From positions 6,305-70,304 of the forward strand of contig NW_021833983.1 of assembly GCF_006345805.1 (NCBI RefSeq): a DNA stretch of 64,000 nt, in the 5' to 3' direction. The position numbers and the translations under genes were made by a program. Within the stretch, counting starts at the first letter, position 1. Every line of letters starts with the position of its first letter. Below the pieces are notes generated by a model that worked only from the letters and a program-made list of their open reading frames with translations, did no database searches and had not been told where the DNA came from. Shown here piece by piece: positions 24,192 through 37,903 of the stretch. This stretch comes from Octopus sinensis (lineage: Eukaryota).

Positions 24192-24253
24192 TTGCATATC
24201 ATTAATGATTTCATGATCAGCATGTATAATATGCTCTCCAATCATCAGTGCAA
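24192..24253 (-). ncRNA. Hammerhead ribozyme-like motif
   Basis: UUGCA CUGAUGA UUGGAGAGCAU-auuauac-AUGCUGAUCAU GAA AUCAUUAAUGAU A UGCAA; perfect stem I and 12-nt palindromic stem III. Confidence 0.7.
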
Positions 24254-24576
24254 ACATAACCAGAAAATATAAATATAAACATCTCTACATACAAAGCGAA
24301 CAACAACGCATCTAACAGAGATACTTGATAAATCTTATATAGATTTTATCCTTCTATTTTATCTAAAAATTAAACCGGAATATATTCAGTGCTGAATTAT
24401 TTCGATTATAACGTGCGGCCGAGATGAACACGAGGAACTCCTTTTCCCGGATATATAAGTATGAACATTTGTATATGCTCTGCAGGATGCGTTGTTGTTC
24501 GCTTGATATGTAGAGATGCTTATATTTATATTTTCTGGTTATCTTGTACTGATGATTGTAGAGCATATCATACATG
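24222..24576. repeat. ~90-bp inverted repeat, ~170-bp spacer
   Basis: 24222-24312 versus 24485-24576. Confidence 0.8.
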
Positions 24577-24899
24577 TTAAACCTTTTTTAAAAGAATTTC
24601 TCCTAAGCTCATTCCTTCGAATTCGGCGCCAGTGTATATTTATTGAAGTAGGTTGACTTTAGAGTCCAGTTACAGCGTGAGGCGTTACTTATAGTAATAG
24701 CCCTTGGTATAATAATGTATTTTATGTATATAAGAAAAAAATTATATACTTTGTATTAATTTTTTCCTCAATTGGTTTTCCACGCTGGCTACTTCATAAA
24801 TTTTGTATAGATTTTATCCTTATGTATATATATATATATATATGCCTGCGCAATTGTTTGTATGCCTATCTCTCTCTATCATCTATGTCCCTTTCACAC

Positions 24900-24945
<46 letters not shown>

Positions 24946-25330
24946 TGTAGGTATACATATATAAATGTATTTGTGTTTGCGTGTGCATGTGTGTGTGAAT
25001 GTGTGTGAACGTGTGAATGTGCGTGAGTGTGTGTGTGCGTTATAGCCGCAAAGAAAGTGAATTTTCTGCTTGTAAGATTAATGAACAAAATTTGAATGAA
25101 TGTCTTTTGAACTCGCCATTGTGTCTGCTCTTCAGATGAGGACTTTACAAACCCACTCAATTTCTGCTTGTTTCTACACACCACCTTCTATTATTAAATC
25201 CTTGATTTTTCTAGATCAAAGAAGAAGCTAGTTCTGTCTGGACCTACTTTTACACTTTGTAGAGAATATATTTCCCTTTCCTTTTCCCCATTCTCCCACT
25301 TTTTAACTTCGCTTTTTCTTGCGCTAGGCG

Positions 25331-25370
<40 letters not shown>

Positions 25371-25379
25371 AGAGAGAGA

Positions 25380-25427
<48 letters not shown>

Positions 25428-27667
25428 ATGCTTCCATGTAGATAGATCTGGAAACTATCGATGGTAGTTATTCCGTCATAGAAGTTAAGCTTAACAGAAC
25501 AGGTCTAACAGAAGGCGCATCATATTTGCAACGATTAAGTCTGGCTAGATATTGCTGGGCTGCAGTGAGAACATATTGTATGATGTGTCAGGATATATGG
25601 AATAAGATGTACTGAGAGCAAGTCATGTGCAGAGTGTTCAAGTCAGAATATTATATGCGGGATACACTCCGAATATATACTCTTTCTTTCAGACTGGTAT
25701 TCATCATGGGCAACACCTGGACGTTGCTGACTCGAGTCTTGATTCAAAGGGCCGGTTACCTGGTTTTCATGACGTACAACTGACCGAGTTCGCAATATTA
25801 CCCCTGGACAGAACGCGAAATGCTTTTTGCCACGAAAATTCCGGACCCCAGTCATGAACTCATTTGCATGCTGCCAATCAGAGCTCAACTATCAAACTAA
25901 TTTATGAGTGCATAACAAGTGATGGGTGATACGATAAGGACACTTGGGTAAGGAATGACCATGATTCTTTTCTCTTCTAATAATGCTTGTTGTTCTTGTT
26001 TCAACCATCGCAGCCTCTGTGTGGTTATTTTTGTCGTTGTTTACTTTCTAAAACAATAAGGGAAGAGGGTTGCTAGCACATCACCCTCTATCCACATTTT
26101 TCCCATCCACATCTTTACCATATGGGGCCCTAACAAAATCAAATAATAGATACAGATGCAAATCTATCTAATTACTTGTCTCCTTCTAAAATCAGGCATA
26201 ACTTGGCGATCGGTCGACCTACAACACTGTTCTACGTCTTGAGTTTAGTTGGTAGAGTGTGTTTGTTAACTTGACAACAAGGTCAAGGTGATCTCTGATT
26301 GGCTGTATGCAAATGGGTTCATAACTGGGGTCCGTAACTCTCGTAGACAAAAAATTTCGCGAACGGGACATCAGTTCGTCGGAAGCTCATCCATTTACAG
26401 CTGAGTGGACTGCAGTAACGTGAGAGGAAGTGCTTTGTTTCCGAACGTAACTTTACTGCACGGTTCGGGAATGGAAACCATCCTCTTACGATAGCAACCC
26501 TTTTTAACAACTGGGCCACGCGCCTTCTTCAGTATGGTATTGGAGATGGAGATATCTTGGGGTGGTTGAGTATACACACTGAGCAATGATGGCGGCTATG
26601 TTCCGCCTTAATAGAATTTTGATCAATCAGATTTACAGTCGAAGGCATTCCAGCAATCTCGTCTCGGTCTACATTTTTCAATCTGTCCTTCCTTTCTTTA
26701 GGATATTAGAATACGATATGAGAGATTTGGTTGATATTTCTATGTCACTACGAGACGATCTTGATGACTTGCAAGACATTTGCAATGTTTGGTTAAATGA
26801 CACATATTCTGGGTGAACGGTGACGACTAATATGGTTTTCACGTACAGCGCAATTGTAGTATAACTTCGTTTACTTTTCGTTGAACTCTTGCAATTTATA
26901 TACATAATTGGACATTAAACATAATTTTCTAAGGAATATTCTGTTGTTCTTTAAAAAAAAAAATCAGAATTCAATTAAAATGTTTCTATTATAAAAATCT
27001 GTAACCGAAATTTCAAACCCTCTTCTCATTTCGCTTATATCAAGATTGCAAACCTTATATAAATTTTTCATCAAACATTTCTGAAACTGTATTTTTCTAT
27101 AGACATGCAAATATAAAGCAGACATATATTTTATACACTCAAAAACACACAACTCTATCGCCTCGAGCGAAAAACCAGCTTGCACGGAGATGATACAACT
27201 CGTTATGAAGATATTTGAAATTTGCCGAAAATACAAAAAGCAATTAAAAAAAGGTAAAAAAAAAGAGAGAGAAAAAGGATCCAAAGAACCAATATATGGT
27301 AAATGCTTCGGGGCAACTAAGAGGGAAGAAAAAATGGTAAAAGCTGTTGGCTATTTTCGAAAAATTATTCGTTATTTATTTATTTATTTATTTATTTTTA
27401 TTTTTTTTCCATCACTGTAAAATATATAAGATGTATTTCTCGAGATTTTGGAATATTTGATATTATTAGATATTTAATATACATACATACATACATACAC
27501 ACATGCATGCATACTTATATACAGACATATATAAGTACATGTATGTATGTAGGTATGTATGTATATATTATATATTTATAAATGTATGTATGTATATACA
27601 TATATACATGTGTGTGTATATATGTATATATATATACACATACATATATATGAATATATATATATGT

Positions 27668-27724
<57 letters not shown>

Positions 27725-27736
27725 CTAATATATCTG

Positions 27737-27774
<38 letters not shown>

Positions 27775-27886
27775 CACATACATATATATGAATATATATA
27801 TATATATATGTCTATAATCTAGAATATGTGAATATATATATATACATACACATACATATATATGAATATATATGTATATATATATA

Positions 27887-27952
<66 letters not shown>

Positions 27953-28918
27953 GTATGTATGTATATGTTATTACTGTACTTGTTTGATGTATGATGTATG
28001 TTGTTGCTGTTGTTGTTATTGTTGTTATTATTGTTATCATTGGTTTGTTGCAGTTCTGGTTATCAAGCGATGTTATTGTTGCTGTTGTTGATGTTGCATC
28101 TGTCGTTGTCGTTGTTGCTAAGGAAACCGTCTTAGATTTTCTCCATAGTTGTCGTTGTTGATGACGATGCTTTGCGAAGAGTTTTTATTGTTTTTGCCAA
28201 TATTTTTATTGTTGTTATCGTCGTCGTTGTTGATGTTGTTGTTGGTGTTGTTGTTGTTATTGCTGGAAAGGGAAAATCGGGATTTGGCAAACGGTTCTTT
28301 ACAGTTCGTCCCGGTTTTGTCGCTTTTACCATAAAAAATTTTTTTACAAACTTTTCTTCTTCTTCTTTTTTTTTTGTCATTTTTTTCTGCTTCCCGTGTA
28401 TAGATTATGCACATGTGTTTATACAAGTAAGGAGTGTGCAACTATATGTAGAAAGAGAGAGAGAGAGAGAGGGAGAGGGAGAGAGAGAGAGAGAGAGAGA
28501 GAGGAAAGAGAATGAGAGAGAGAAACTGGTAGAAAGATAGAGAGGAGTAGATAGAAACTTATCAGAGAACAGTAGCACGCACACATATGCACACACATAC
28601 ATACACACACACGCGCGCACACATACACGCACACACACATATATGGACACACATATACATATATATATGTATGCATTTATACACGAATACACTCATACAC
28701 ACACGCGCGCACACATTCACGCACGCATACACACACATACACGCATACGCGCAAACATTCACGCACACACAGACACACACATATATATGAATACATATAT
28801 GTAAGCATACATGTATGTATACATTTATACACACATACACACACACATATACGCATACACATATACATATACATACATGTATGTATGCTTTCACACACAC
28901 GCATACACACATATATAC

Positions 28919-28956
<38 letters not shown>

Positions 28957-29049
28957 TATATTATTCTTTGCTCTTTTTCTCTTTTACTTGTTCCACCTCG
29001 AGAACCGCGACCATGCTGGGGCAGCGCCATTTGGTCTTACTACACCTTC

Positions 29050-29358
29050 ATTAATTTGCTGAATGAAGCAGTTTGACGCTGCTACCCTCATCTGCACAAA
29101 CTGTCATGAAGTCACCTGGATCTCTTCACACCAGGTAATCCGGTTTGGTTTTGAAGGCATCTACATCCACCCGATGTATATCCCTCAGGTCCGTTGGGAG
29201 GATGTTGAAAAGCCCTTGGACCTTGAATCGTAAGCTATTGCAATATCTGGCCCTGTATTTTGATGACAACGGTAGAATATTGGGCACTATGTAATGGCGC
29301 CCCAATGCGGTGTTACCATTGGAAACGATAGCCAAAACGGCTTCGGAGAAATGTTCTC
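29050..29358 (-). mobile_element. CR1-like LINE 3' fragment
   Basis: NSLRFKVQGLFNILPTDLRDI...DAFKTK, matching the NS..GP.LFN.LP..LR..FK motif. Confidence 0.75.
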
Positions 29359-29363
29359 TAGGG

Positions 29364-29430
29364 CAGTGCTTTTCAAACTGTGGGTCCTGACACTTCAGTG
29401 GGTCGAGACAAAAAAGTTTGAAAAATGGTG
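29364..29430. mobile_element. Minimal hAT-like MITE
   Basis: cagtgcttttcaaac ... gtttgaaaaatggtg terminal inverted repeats. Confidence 0.5.
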
Positions 29431-29620
29431 CCCTTGAGGTTACCTGGTTTCTTGTTTTGAAAGTTCTGAGAATCCATCCGGCCAGACTTCACACTTCGTT
29501 GCCAACTTAGTAACAAGCTCAGGTTAAGCACTATTTATAATTCTGTGAATGTAGTTCCTCCAATTGTAATGCATTTTGTCTCATTGCGTTTGTCCACTTA
29601 CTGCGTGTAATATATATATA

Positions 29621-30128
29621 CTAGCAGTATCGCCTGGCGTTGCTCGGGTTTGTAAGGGAAATAACTATATAAGCATTTTTAGAGAGTTACTTCCCTTATA
29701 GATGCCAATTCAGGCTTTCTTAGCCATTTCTGTTTTGGTGTCTTCAAGCCATGAAGTCGTTGTTCTAAAAGAACGCTGGTCTCCTTGACAACGCTTTACG
29801 ACGTTGATTTCCTTACACTCCCTTCTCCACAGCTTCACGAGGGAGGGAAGAAGGGGAGAAGCAAACAGGTGCAGGTGTGACCATGGACGCCAACTCCGCC
29901 GCCATCGACACAAAAAATTATGCATTAAAATGGAATAAAAAATGATGTAAATATTTTTAAAATCGTAGACTCATTGTAGACGCGCGCTAATACTCAGACG
30001 GGTTCGATATGAATCCCGACTATAAGATACCCGAATTTGGTTAAACTGCACCGCAAAATGTGGGAGTGGTTAGGAATCTAAATGGAAGGGGACAGACACT
30101 CACACAACTACAGTTTTATATATATAGA
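29621..30128 (-). mobile_element. Non-autonomous Helitron
   Basis: Minus strand begins TC(tatatatataaaactg) and ends cccgagcaacgccagg hairpin + CTAG, within a TA run. Confidence 0.75.
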
Positions 30129-30183
30129 TATATATACACACGTACAGATGTAAGCATGTACATATACGTATGTATATATGCAT

Positions 30184-30263
<80 letters not shown>

Positions 30264-30355
30264 GTGTGTATGTTATATATATTATTTATATATATATATA
30301 TATACATGAATACATACATATATACATACTTACATACATACATACATATATACAT

Positions 30356-30456
<101 letters not shown>

Positions 30457-30465
30457 TAGATAGAG

Positions 30466-30541
<76 letters not shown>

Positions 30542-30664
30542 TACTATACATGTGTGTGTGCGTGTATGTGAAAACACACTTACGTATAGACATACATGTA
30601 TATAAAATATTACAAAAATAATATTCGCAATATTATAAGTGTACTTAGTATAATATAAATATAT

Positions 30665-31116
30665 TACATATTAATTGCTAATTGGGACACCGTATTTTGT
30701 TTAGCATCCATTATGTACTAAGAAGTGTATTAAAGCTTTTTAAGTCAATCCTGTGTCTTTCATTTGTGATAGCAGTGCGATTCAATAACTTATACGTTAT
30801 CTGTATAGATATTCTATAGAATTTAGAGCCAGCACTGAAAGTTTCGTATACGAATAAGTCTTTGTAAACAATGTCATCGAAGTTAGAAAACAAAATAATG
30901 GGTGCATTATGCATATTCCAGGAATTGTTGTTCCTTCTTCAACACTCCATCCAACTCATTAACCAGCAAAGAACACATTGCTTAAATAACCATTAAATTT
31001 AACGGTATAACGCAAAATGAAAGATCACAGTATTGGCTTATAAGCCTTTAATGTACTTGATGGTATATAATGGATGCTAAATGAAATACGGTGTCCCTGT
31101 TAGCGACTGATATGTA
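30665..31116. repeat. ~100-bp inverted repeats flanking ~245 bp (MITE-like)
   Basis: gggacaccgtattt..ttagcatccattat mirrored at 31013-31116. Confidence 0.7.
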
Positions 31117-31358
31117 CACACCAAGTATGAGGAATGCGTTTAATATATAAATTGGTTAGTTCAATAATTCTACATTACTAATAAAACTTAGTGACTAATT
31201 AAGCAACGCGATCATGAATGGTTAATGGATGTGGTACTGGAGAAAGCTCAATAACTCCTGAAATATACATACATATATATGAGCGTGTTCCTGTATATAT
31301 ATACATATATTCTGAGACATATATATATATATATATATACATACACACACACACACAC

Positions 31359-31391
<33 letters not shown>

Positions 31392-31834
31392 TTATATGTA
31401 TATGTCTGTACGCATGTACGTATTTGTGTGTGTTTGTGTATGTATATATGTACGTATGTGTTTGTGCGTGTGTGTGCTTGTGTGTGCAAAACGATATGTA
31501 TATATGTATGTATATATATATTAGTATATATATATATATATATATATATAGGCATGTATGTGTGTATATGTGTATGTGTACACGCATGCAAACACACACA
31601 CAGAGTCGGAAAGTCTAGGCTGTGCACTTTTTGCACAAATTTTACCCGCTAAACTTTAATCTGCAAAATAAGTGTAAGCTGTACTATTGTACGTAGACAC
31701 AAGAGAACGTTAATGCCATAACACACACCGGCGCACACGTACACACACACATCTACACACCCTCACACACACACATTCACGCACACACATATCTCTCTAT
31801 ACATACGTTTATATATATATATATTCTACATATA

Positions 31835-31887
<53 letters not shown>

Positions 31888-32471
31888 TGTATGTATGTAT
31901 TATGTATGTATGTATGTATGTATGTATGTATGTGCATATGTATATTTAATTCTTGTTACTTTTATATTATCATTGAATAAGAAAGAAATTCTTTAAGCAG
32001 AGCCATTTTAATTTTCTTATCAAGCACTTAACAAAGAGATGAAATAAAAAAGCTAACGCTGAGCTTTTGTATTCAGTGGTGTGTTGGAATGAAAGGAGAG
32101 AAAATAAACTGAGATGGAATTTAGAAGAAAAATAGCGAAGCATTGCGAAGATAACGAATAAGGAACGGCACGTTTTTTAAGGTCAGGAAACTTACCAATT
32201 GGTGAAAATGAAATGGAAGCCAATACGGTGCGCATTGTATGTAAGAATATGTGAGTTTAATGTATGTATAATGTATGTATATGCATATACATACATACAT
32301 ATATATATATATATACATTCGTATATATATATTTGTATATACATACCTATATGTGTATATGCATATATATATGTGTATACATACATACATATATATATAT
32401 ATGTATATATATATGTGCATATATATATATATATATGTATACATATACATAATATATTATACATACATACA

Positions 32472-32503
<32 letters not shown>

Positions 32504-32739
32504 CATAAACGTGTGCCTATCTTTTATGCGCAGCTGCAAATATGTATGTATATATGTGTATGTGTGTATATATATATACACACACACACATATATATATA
32601 TATACTTAATACATACATGCATGCATACATACATATATACATACAGGCATACATACACACACACACACACGCACGCACACACGCACACACACGCTCGCAC
32701 ACACACACACTCACACAAGCCATTACGTTCCTTATCAAA

Positions 32740-33165
32740 TACAAATGCTGTACGTGAAGTAGACGAAGAAATGTTTGCGAAGGTCAAAAGTCAACTGAGA
32801 AAAGGTATAATTTCTTGATTCAGCGATTGCATAAAATTACACACTGACGTCTCAACTCCAGCGAACACCACTGCATTGTGTCTAACGCCGCGTTTCATTT
32901 ATTTCATTTATTATGGCCATACAAACGTTTTGTATCGCGGCTTCTGTTAATTTTTGTTGTTACTTTTCTTTCATTTTATTATGTATATGACACGATTGAA
33001 GTTGTGTAGTCTGAGCCTGAGGCTGTAGGTCGGAGAATGAGTGTTGGGAGCGGATATTTGCTCTTCGTATTTTGGATAATCTGGATCTATAAGGTTCGTT
33101 GATTGGCTCTAAGTAGATAAATAGATGTCCGTCTTTCAAGACTACATCACTATATATATATATAT

Positions 33166-33223
<58 letters not shown>

Positions 33224-33897
33224 AGATAGAGAACGGAGAAGATATAAAATCGACAGACATCAGCCAGTAAACATTCAAGTATATCTATTTATTCAATTGT
33301 ATTGTATGAATACACACACGTATATGAATGATACAGATTAACGAATGGAAAAAGCTAGAAACTGCATAGGTAAGGGGTGTGAATACATACAAGCATATAG
33401 AAATAAATGAGCAAAAATATAAATGGGTGCCCAGGTACTAGGTCCTTACGGCCGTTTCTGCCAAGTGGCAACAAAATCTTCCAGGTTTTCTCCGTCACTT
33501 TAATGTTATGCAGGGATCAACAGACAGGGCTTGGATAATGGATGTGCTCCTAGACTTCTTCAGAGGGTCTAAGTAGTTGTGGGAAATAACACACAAAAAT
33601 CCAGTGGTGGGGAGGTAAATAAAGGGACTTTATTTACCTCCCCACCTCTTGATGAAATAGCATGGATTTTATAAATACTTTATGAGAAGTCTGTACCTTG
33701 TTTCCCTTTGCTATGCCCACACAATATTGTACTATACTATATTCTCTTGTATTCTTGCTTTTGCAGTGGTGTTCGCTGGAGTTGAGACGTCGGTGTGTAA
33801 TTTTATGCAATCGCTGAATCAAGAAATTATACCTTTTCTCAGTTGACTTTTGACCTTCGCAAACATTTCTTCGTCTACTTCACGTACAGCATTTGTA
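32740..33897. repeat. 136-bp near-identical inverted repeats, 886-bp spacer
   Basis: 32740-32875 versus 33762-33897, one mismatch seen. Confidence 0.9.
33225..33590 (-). mobile_element. Family E Penelope-like 3' end with HHR-like motif at 33443-33567
   Basis: CCCU CUGAAGA AGUCUAG...CUUGGCA GAA ACGGCCGU A AGGA; downstream sequence aligns with 1500-1590. Confidence 0.55.
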
Positions 33898-34009
33898 ATG
33901 GTTTGTGCGTGTGTGTATGTATGTATGTATGTATGTATGTATGTATGTATGTATGTATGTATGTATGTATGTATGTATGTATGTATGTATGTATACCATA
34001 GCTGCACCC

Positions 34010-34340
34010 CCGTTACACGAGAAAATCCATTGCCAAGAAGATTTACTGAAATGATTCATGATTGTTGCCATGTGATGCCCTTATATGACTTTTAAGCCCA
34101 GCCAAACTTTTACGCATTTAATTACATACTGTACAACTGTGCTGGCTGGCAGGAGAAACAGGTGCCACCATATGCACTCTCTTAACATATATTTTTAGAG
34201 CTCCAACTGAGAGGCACACCTTTCCACATTTTACACACGTTTTGTTGTGAATTTTAATAGGCATATCACTGTTTATCGTGGGTGAACTCCGGTGAGATTT
34301 TTGATGGCTCATCAGGCCTGCACGATTCAAATACCCCCCT
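34010..34340 (-). mobile_element. C2H2-like zinc-finger remnant, probably a LINE C-terminus
   Basis: NRAGLMSHQKSH, CVKCGKVCLSVGALKIYVKRVH, CTVCN..KSLAGLKSH; no TGEKP linkers. Confidence 0.5.
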
Positions 34341-34352
34341 CAAACCACACGC

Positions 34353-34407
<55 letters not shown>

Positions 34408-35140
34408 ATATTCTATATATATATAGATATAGATAGATAGATAGATAATAGATAGATATATAGATAGATAGATAGATATAAACTTACTTGGAAGAGTATG
34501 CGTGGTTTTCAATAATATAATAATATAAATAATATATGCCATCTTTCTTTCTTCCCCTAACTTGTGTTTCTTTCTCTCCGTTGTTGTAGCTGGAACTAGG
34601 AAGATGTGTTCTTGTCTGTCTCCTGTCCAAGCCTGATTTATGCATTCACCACCACAGCCTCGCTTAGGCTTAGCAGCCCTTCCTGTTTGTTTTCACTGTC
34701 CTGTTTGTGTTACCAATTTTGACCTTCTGCTTATTTAATTTGCTTTAAGGGAGCAAATGTTTTATCGAAAGCGTATATTGTTGTTAAATGCTCGAAATAC
34801 GAGAGTAGAAAAACAGCCAACGACTGATGAAGGGTCGTTCTTTATGTTTCTTGTCTTGTTTTCCATTTGTGTATTTCGTTGTCCGAATAAATAGTTCGTA
34901 TTCCATGTACTCGTACTTCGTATCTTTTATTGTACACGTTTCGTGATGTCCTGTGCCCACATATGCATATATATACGTATAGATGTAAGTATTTACATAT
35001 ACTACGTATATATATATACTACGTATATATATACACACACAAACACACACACATATATTTTATTTAACTCATATATGTGTGTGTGTATACATACATACAT
35101 ATATATATATATTATATATATATATATAATATATATATAT

Positions 35141-35172
<32 letters not shown>

Positions 35173-35312
35173 TGTGTGTGTGTGTGTGTGTATGTATATG
35201 TATATAGATTTCCGGACAATGGACACGAGTTAGAATAAGAACAGTAATAAACGAGTAAAGAACGAATATACACTACGTGCGTTTATTTGGCAAAAATAAA
35301 GATACGTAACAT

Positions 35313-35475
35313 AGGCGTGGGAGTGGCTGTGTGGGAAGTAGCTTGTTTACCAACCACATGGTGCCGGGTTCAGTCCCACTGCGTGGCACTTTGGGCAAGT
35401 GTCTTCTACTATAGCCTCGAATCGACCAAAGCCTTGTGAGTGGATTTTGTAGACGGAAACTGAAAGAGGCCCGTC

Positions 35476-35511
<36 letters not shown>

Positions 35512-35743
35512 GTGTGTGTGTGGGTGTATATGTTTGTGGGTCTGTGTTTGTCCCCCCAACATTGCTTGACTACCGATGGTGGTGTGTTTACGTCACCGTA
35601 ACTTAGCGGTTCGGCAAAAAGAGACCGATAGAATAAGTACTAGGCTTACAAAGAATAAGTCCTGGGGTCGATTTGCTCGACTAAAGGCGGTGCTCCAGCA
35701 TGGCCACAGTCATATGACTGAAACAAGTAAAGAGTAAAGAGTA
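35313..35743 (+). mobile_element. SINE family B, full length
   Basis: Same head, body and tail as 1601-2010. Confidence 0.88.
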
Positions 35744-36009
35744 ACATTCCGAAATACAACAATATATCTATATCTATATATATAGTAAAATATATTTGCC
35801 AACATAAGATGGCAGTCTTGTGTAGGACCATGGTACTACGCAGGGCTGCCACCTTACTTTGCTAAATAGATTTTACTATGAAGTATAGTTACTATTTAGA
35901 TCTCATCCAGATATATATATATACATACATACATACATATCTCCTCTCTTTCTCTCTCTCTCTTTTCTCTCTATCTCGCTCTTCTCTCTCTCTCTCTCTC
36001 TCTCTCTTG

Positions 36010-36048
<39 letters not shown>

Positions 36049-37119
36049 TAATAACTATACTTCGTAGTAAAATCTATTTTTCTCTCATTCGTATCCTTTA
36101 TAAACCCTCACGCCATTTGCGTACCATCACATACACAAACACACACACGTATCCCCGTAAAATGTTGTAATCCCCTTTTGAATGGCAGATGGTGTAATGT
36201 ATGCATAGGCCCCTTGTGACCAATATAAAAACATTTCTTGCAATTGTTTTTATCTGAAGTAAATCTGTTAAAAACGTTTACCACTTCCAGTATTCTCTCA
36301 GTGCTAATATTTCAGTTTATTTAATGAAAGGTAAATTTCTTTATTATTCACTCATTCCTTTGCAATTATTCTTCCTTTCTTTCCTGCTTTCTTCTCGTCT
36401 TGTCTTTCTTCTTTCCGTTCTTTCCTTTGTTTAACTTTTACCTATTTATTCTTCAGAAAGTTTCGTCTTTCTTCCGAGATTAGAAACAAAATGCAACGAT
36501 TAGTCTGAAATAGGATTTACCCTGATTAGAGAAGGGAAACAGTATTTTACGAGAATATTATCTGAAATGTAGATATAAAATCTCTTAAGGGCCATAGGAC
36601 CCCGCTTTTTAATGGTTCGGTGATTAGATCCAGTTTCATGGAGTGAAACAGATAAGAGATAACTTCTCCATGTTATGTACATTCCAGTATGGTCTGGTGG
36701 TACTCTGGTACCTATTTATGCTCACAGCTTGGTGAAGTGAAGGTACAAATCTATCAGAGGTAACATCCCTAGATGACCTGGTCACTATTTCTACTGATAG
36801 CTACATGAAGTGAGGACTCTAGTCTATTACAGGTAAAAAACCATTCGGAAGTACTTATTGATAACGGCTGCTGAATGAAACGTGGGTACGTGTCTCTCAC
36901 AGGTAACATCCCAATATGATCAAGCGGTAAGTGTCTCTCTTCCCCAGAGAGTCACTCACACAGTCACTCACTCTCTATGTTATACATGTTTTACAGTTGA
37001 CGGCGATCATGGCTTTCCATGCTAAGATTTGGAGGTTCAGTAATACCTCGCTATATCGCGGTTCACTTATTGCGTTTTATTAAGTTACGTCGATTCCTCC
37101 GTGTTGCTGTTTTGCATTT

Positions 37120-37903
37120 ATGCTGTTGGCATCCTTTTTGTCTCGGGAGACAATGGAGTTGAGCATAAAATAGTCTAGTCCGGCTTTTACATTTCATGTC
37201 CTAATACATCTCCTGCTGTGGCTGTGTAGTCATATCCTAGACAGACACTCCCTCTGGCAGGTGCCGCAAATGTAGCGAAGACTCTACCTGGCTGGTTGTA
37301 ATGTCATAGTTTCTTGATGTTTTTTCTTGTCTTTCCATTTCTTCTCTCTCTCTCTGTCACTCCCTTGTGTTCCCTCTTTTACGGTACGTCGCCAATCTCC
37401 ACGGTTGCTGGCAACTGCTTCCCAGTTGCTAATATTGATGTCGAAGGCCTTCATGCCCCTTTTGCAAACATCCTTGTATCGTAAGAACGGTCTTCCCACA
37501 GACCTAGTGCCCCTAGCAAGCTCTCCGTAGAGTATGTCCTTGGGGATTCTGCCATCTTCCATACGGCTAACATGTCCAAGCCATCTCATACGTCTTTGTG
37601 TGAGGAGTGCAAACATGCTTGGTATTCCTGCTTGCTTGAGGACATCTTTGTTGGGGACATGATTGTGCCATTTGATGCCAAGGATTTTCCGGAAGTAGCA
37701 TACAGTAGAGTGCTAAGTACACATGCCTGGTAAATCTTCATTTTTGTGGTCTTGGTGAACTTATTGCTGTCCCATGCCCGTTTGGAGAGTTGGGCCATCA
37801 CAGCAGCTGCAATGCCAATGCGTATATTGAGCTCGGCATTAAGGGATAAGTTGTAGGTGACGGTAGAGCCAAGATAAGTTAACTTCTCCACCTCCTGTAG
37901 TCT
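37120..37903 (-). mobile_element. RTE LINE 3' fragment, same family as 20757-23902
   Basis: High nucleotide similarity; LTYLGS, WLGHVSRMEDGRIPKDILYGEL. Confidence 0.9.

Noticed and set aside
28118-28441. Asn/Gln-rich ORF
   Set aside because: Built on (CAA)/(GTT) microsatellites; no splice or domain support.
34785-34840. gctcGAAAtac...aacgaCTGATGAagggtcgtt, possible permuted HHR
   Set aside because: I could not assemble stems I and III consistently.
37038-37110. Tigger/pogo-like TIR (cagtaatacctcg)
   Set aside because: Only one end is visible and there is no TA TSD; too weak to call.
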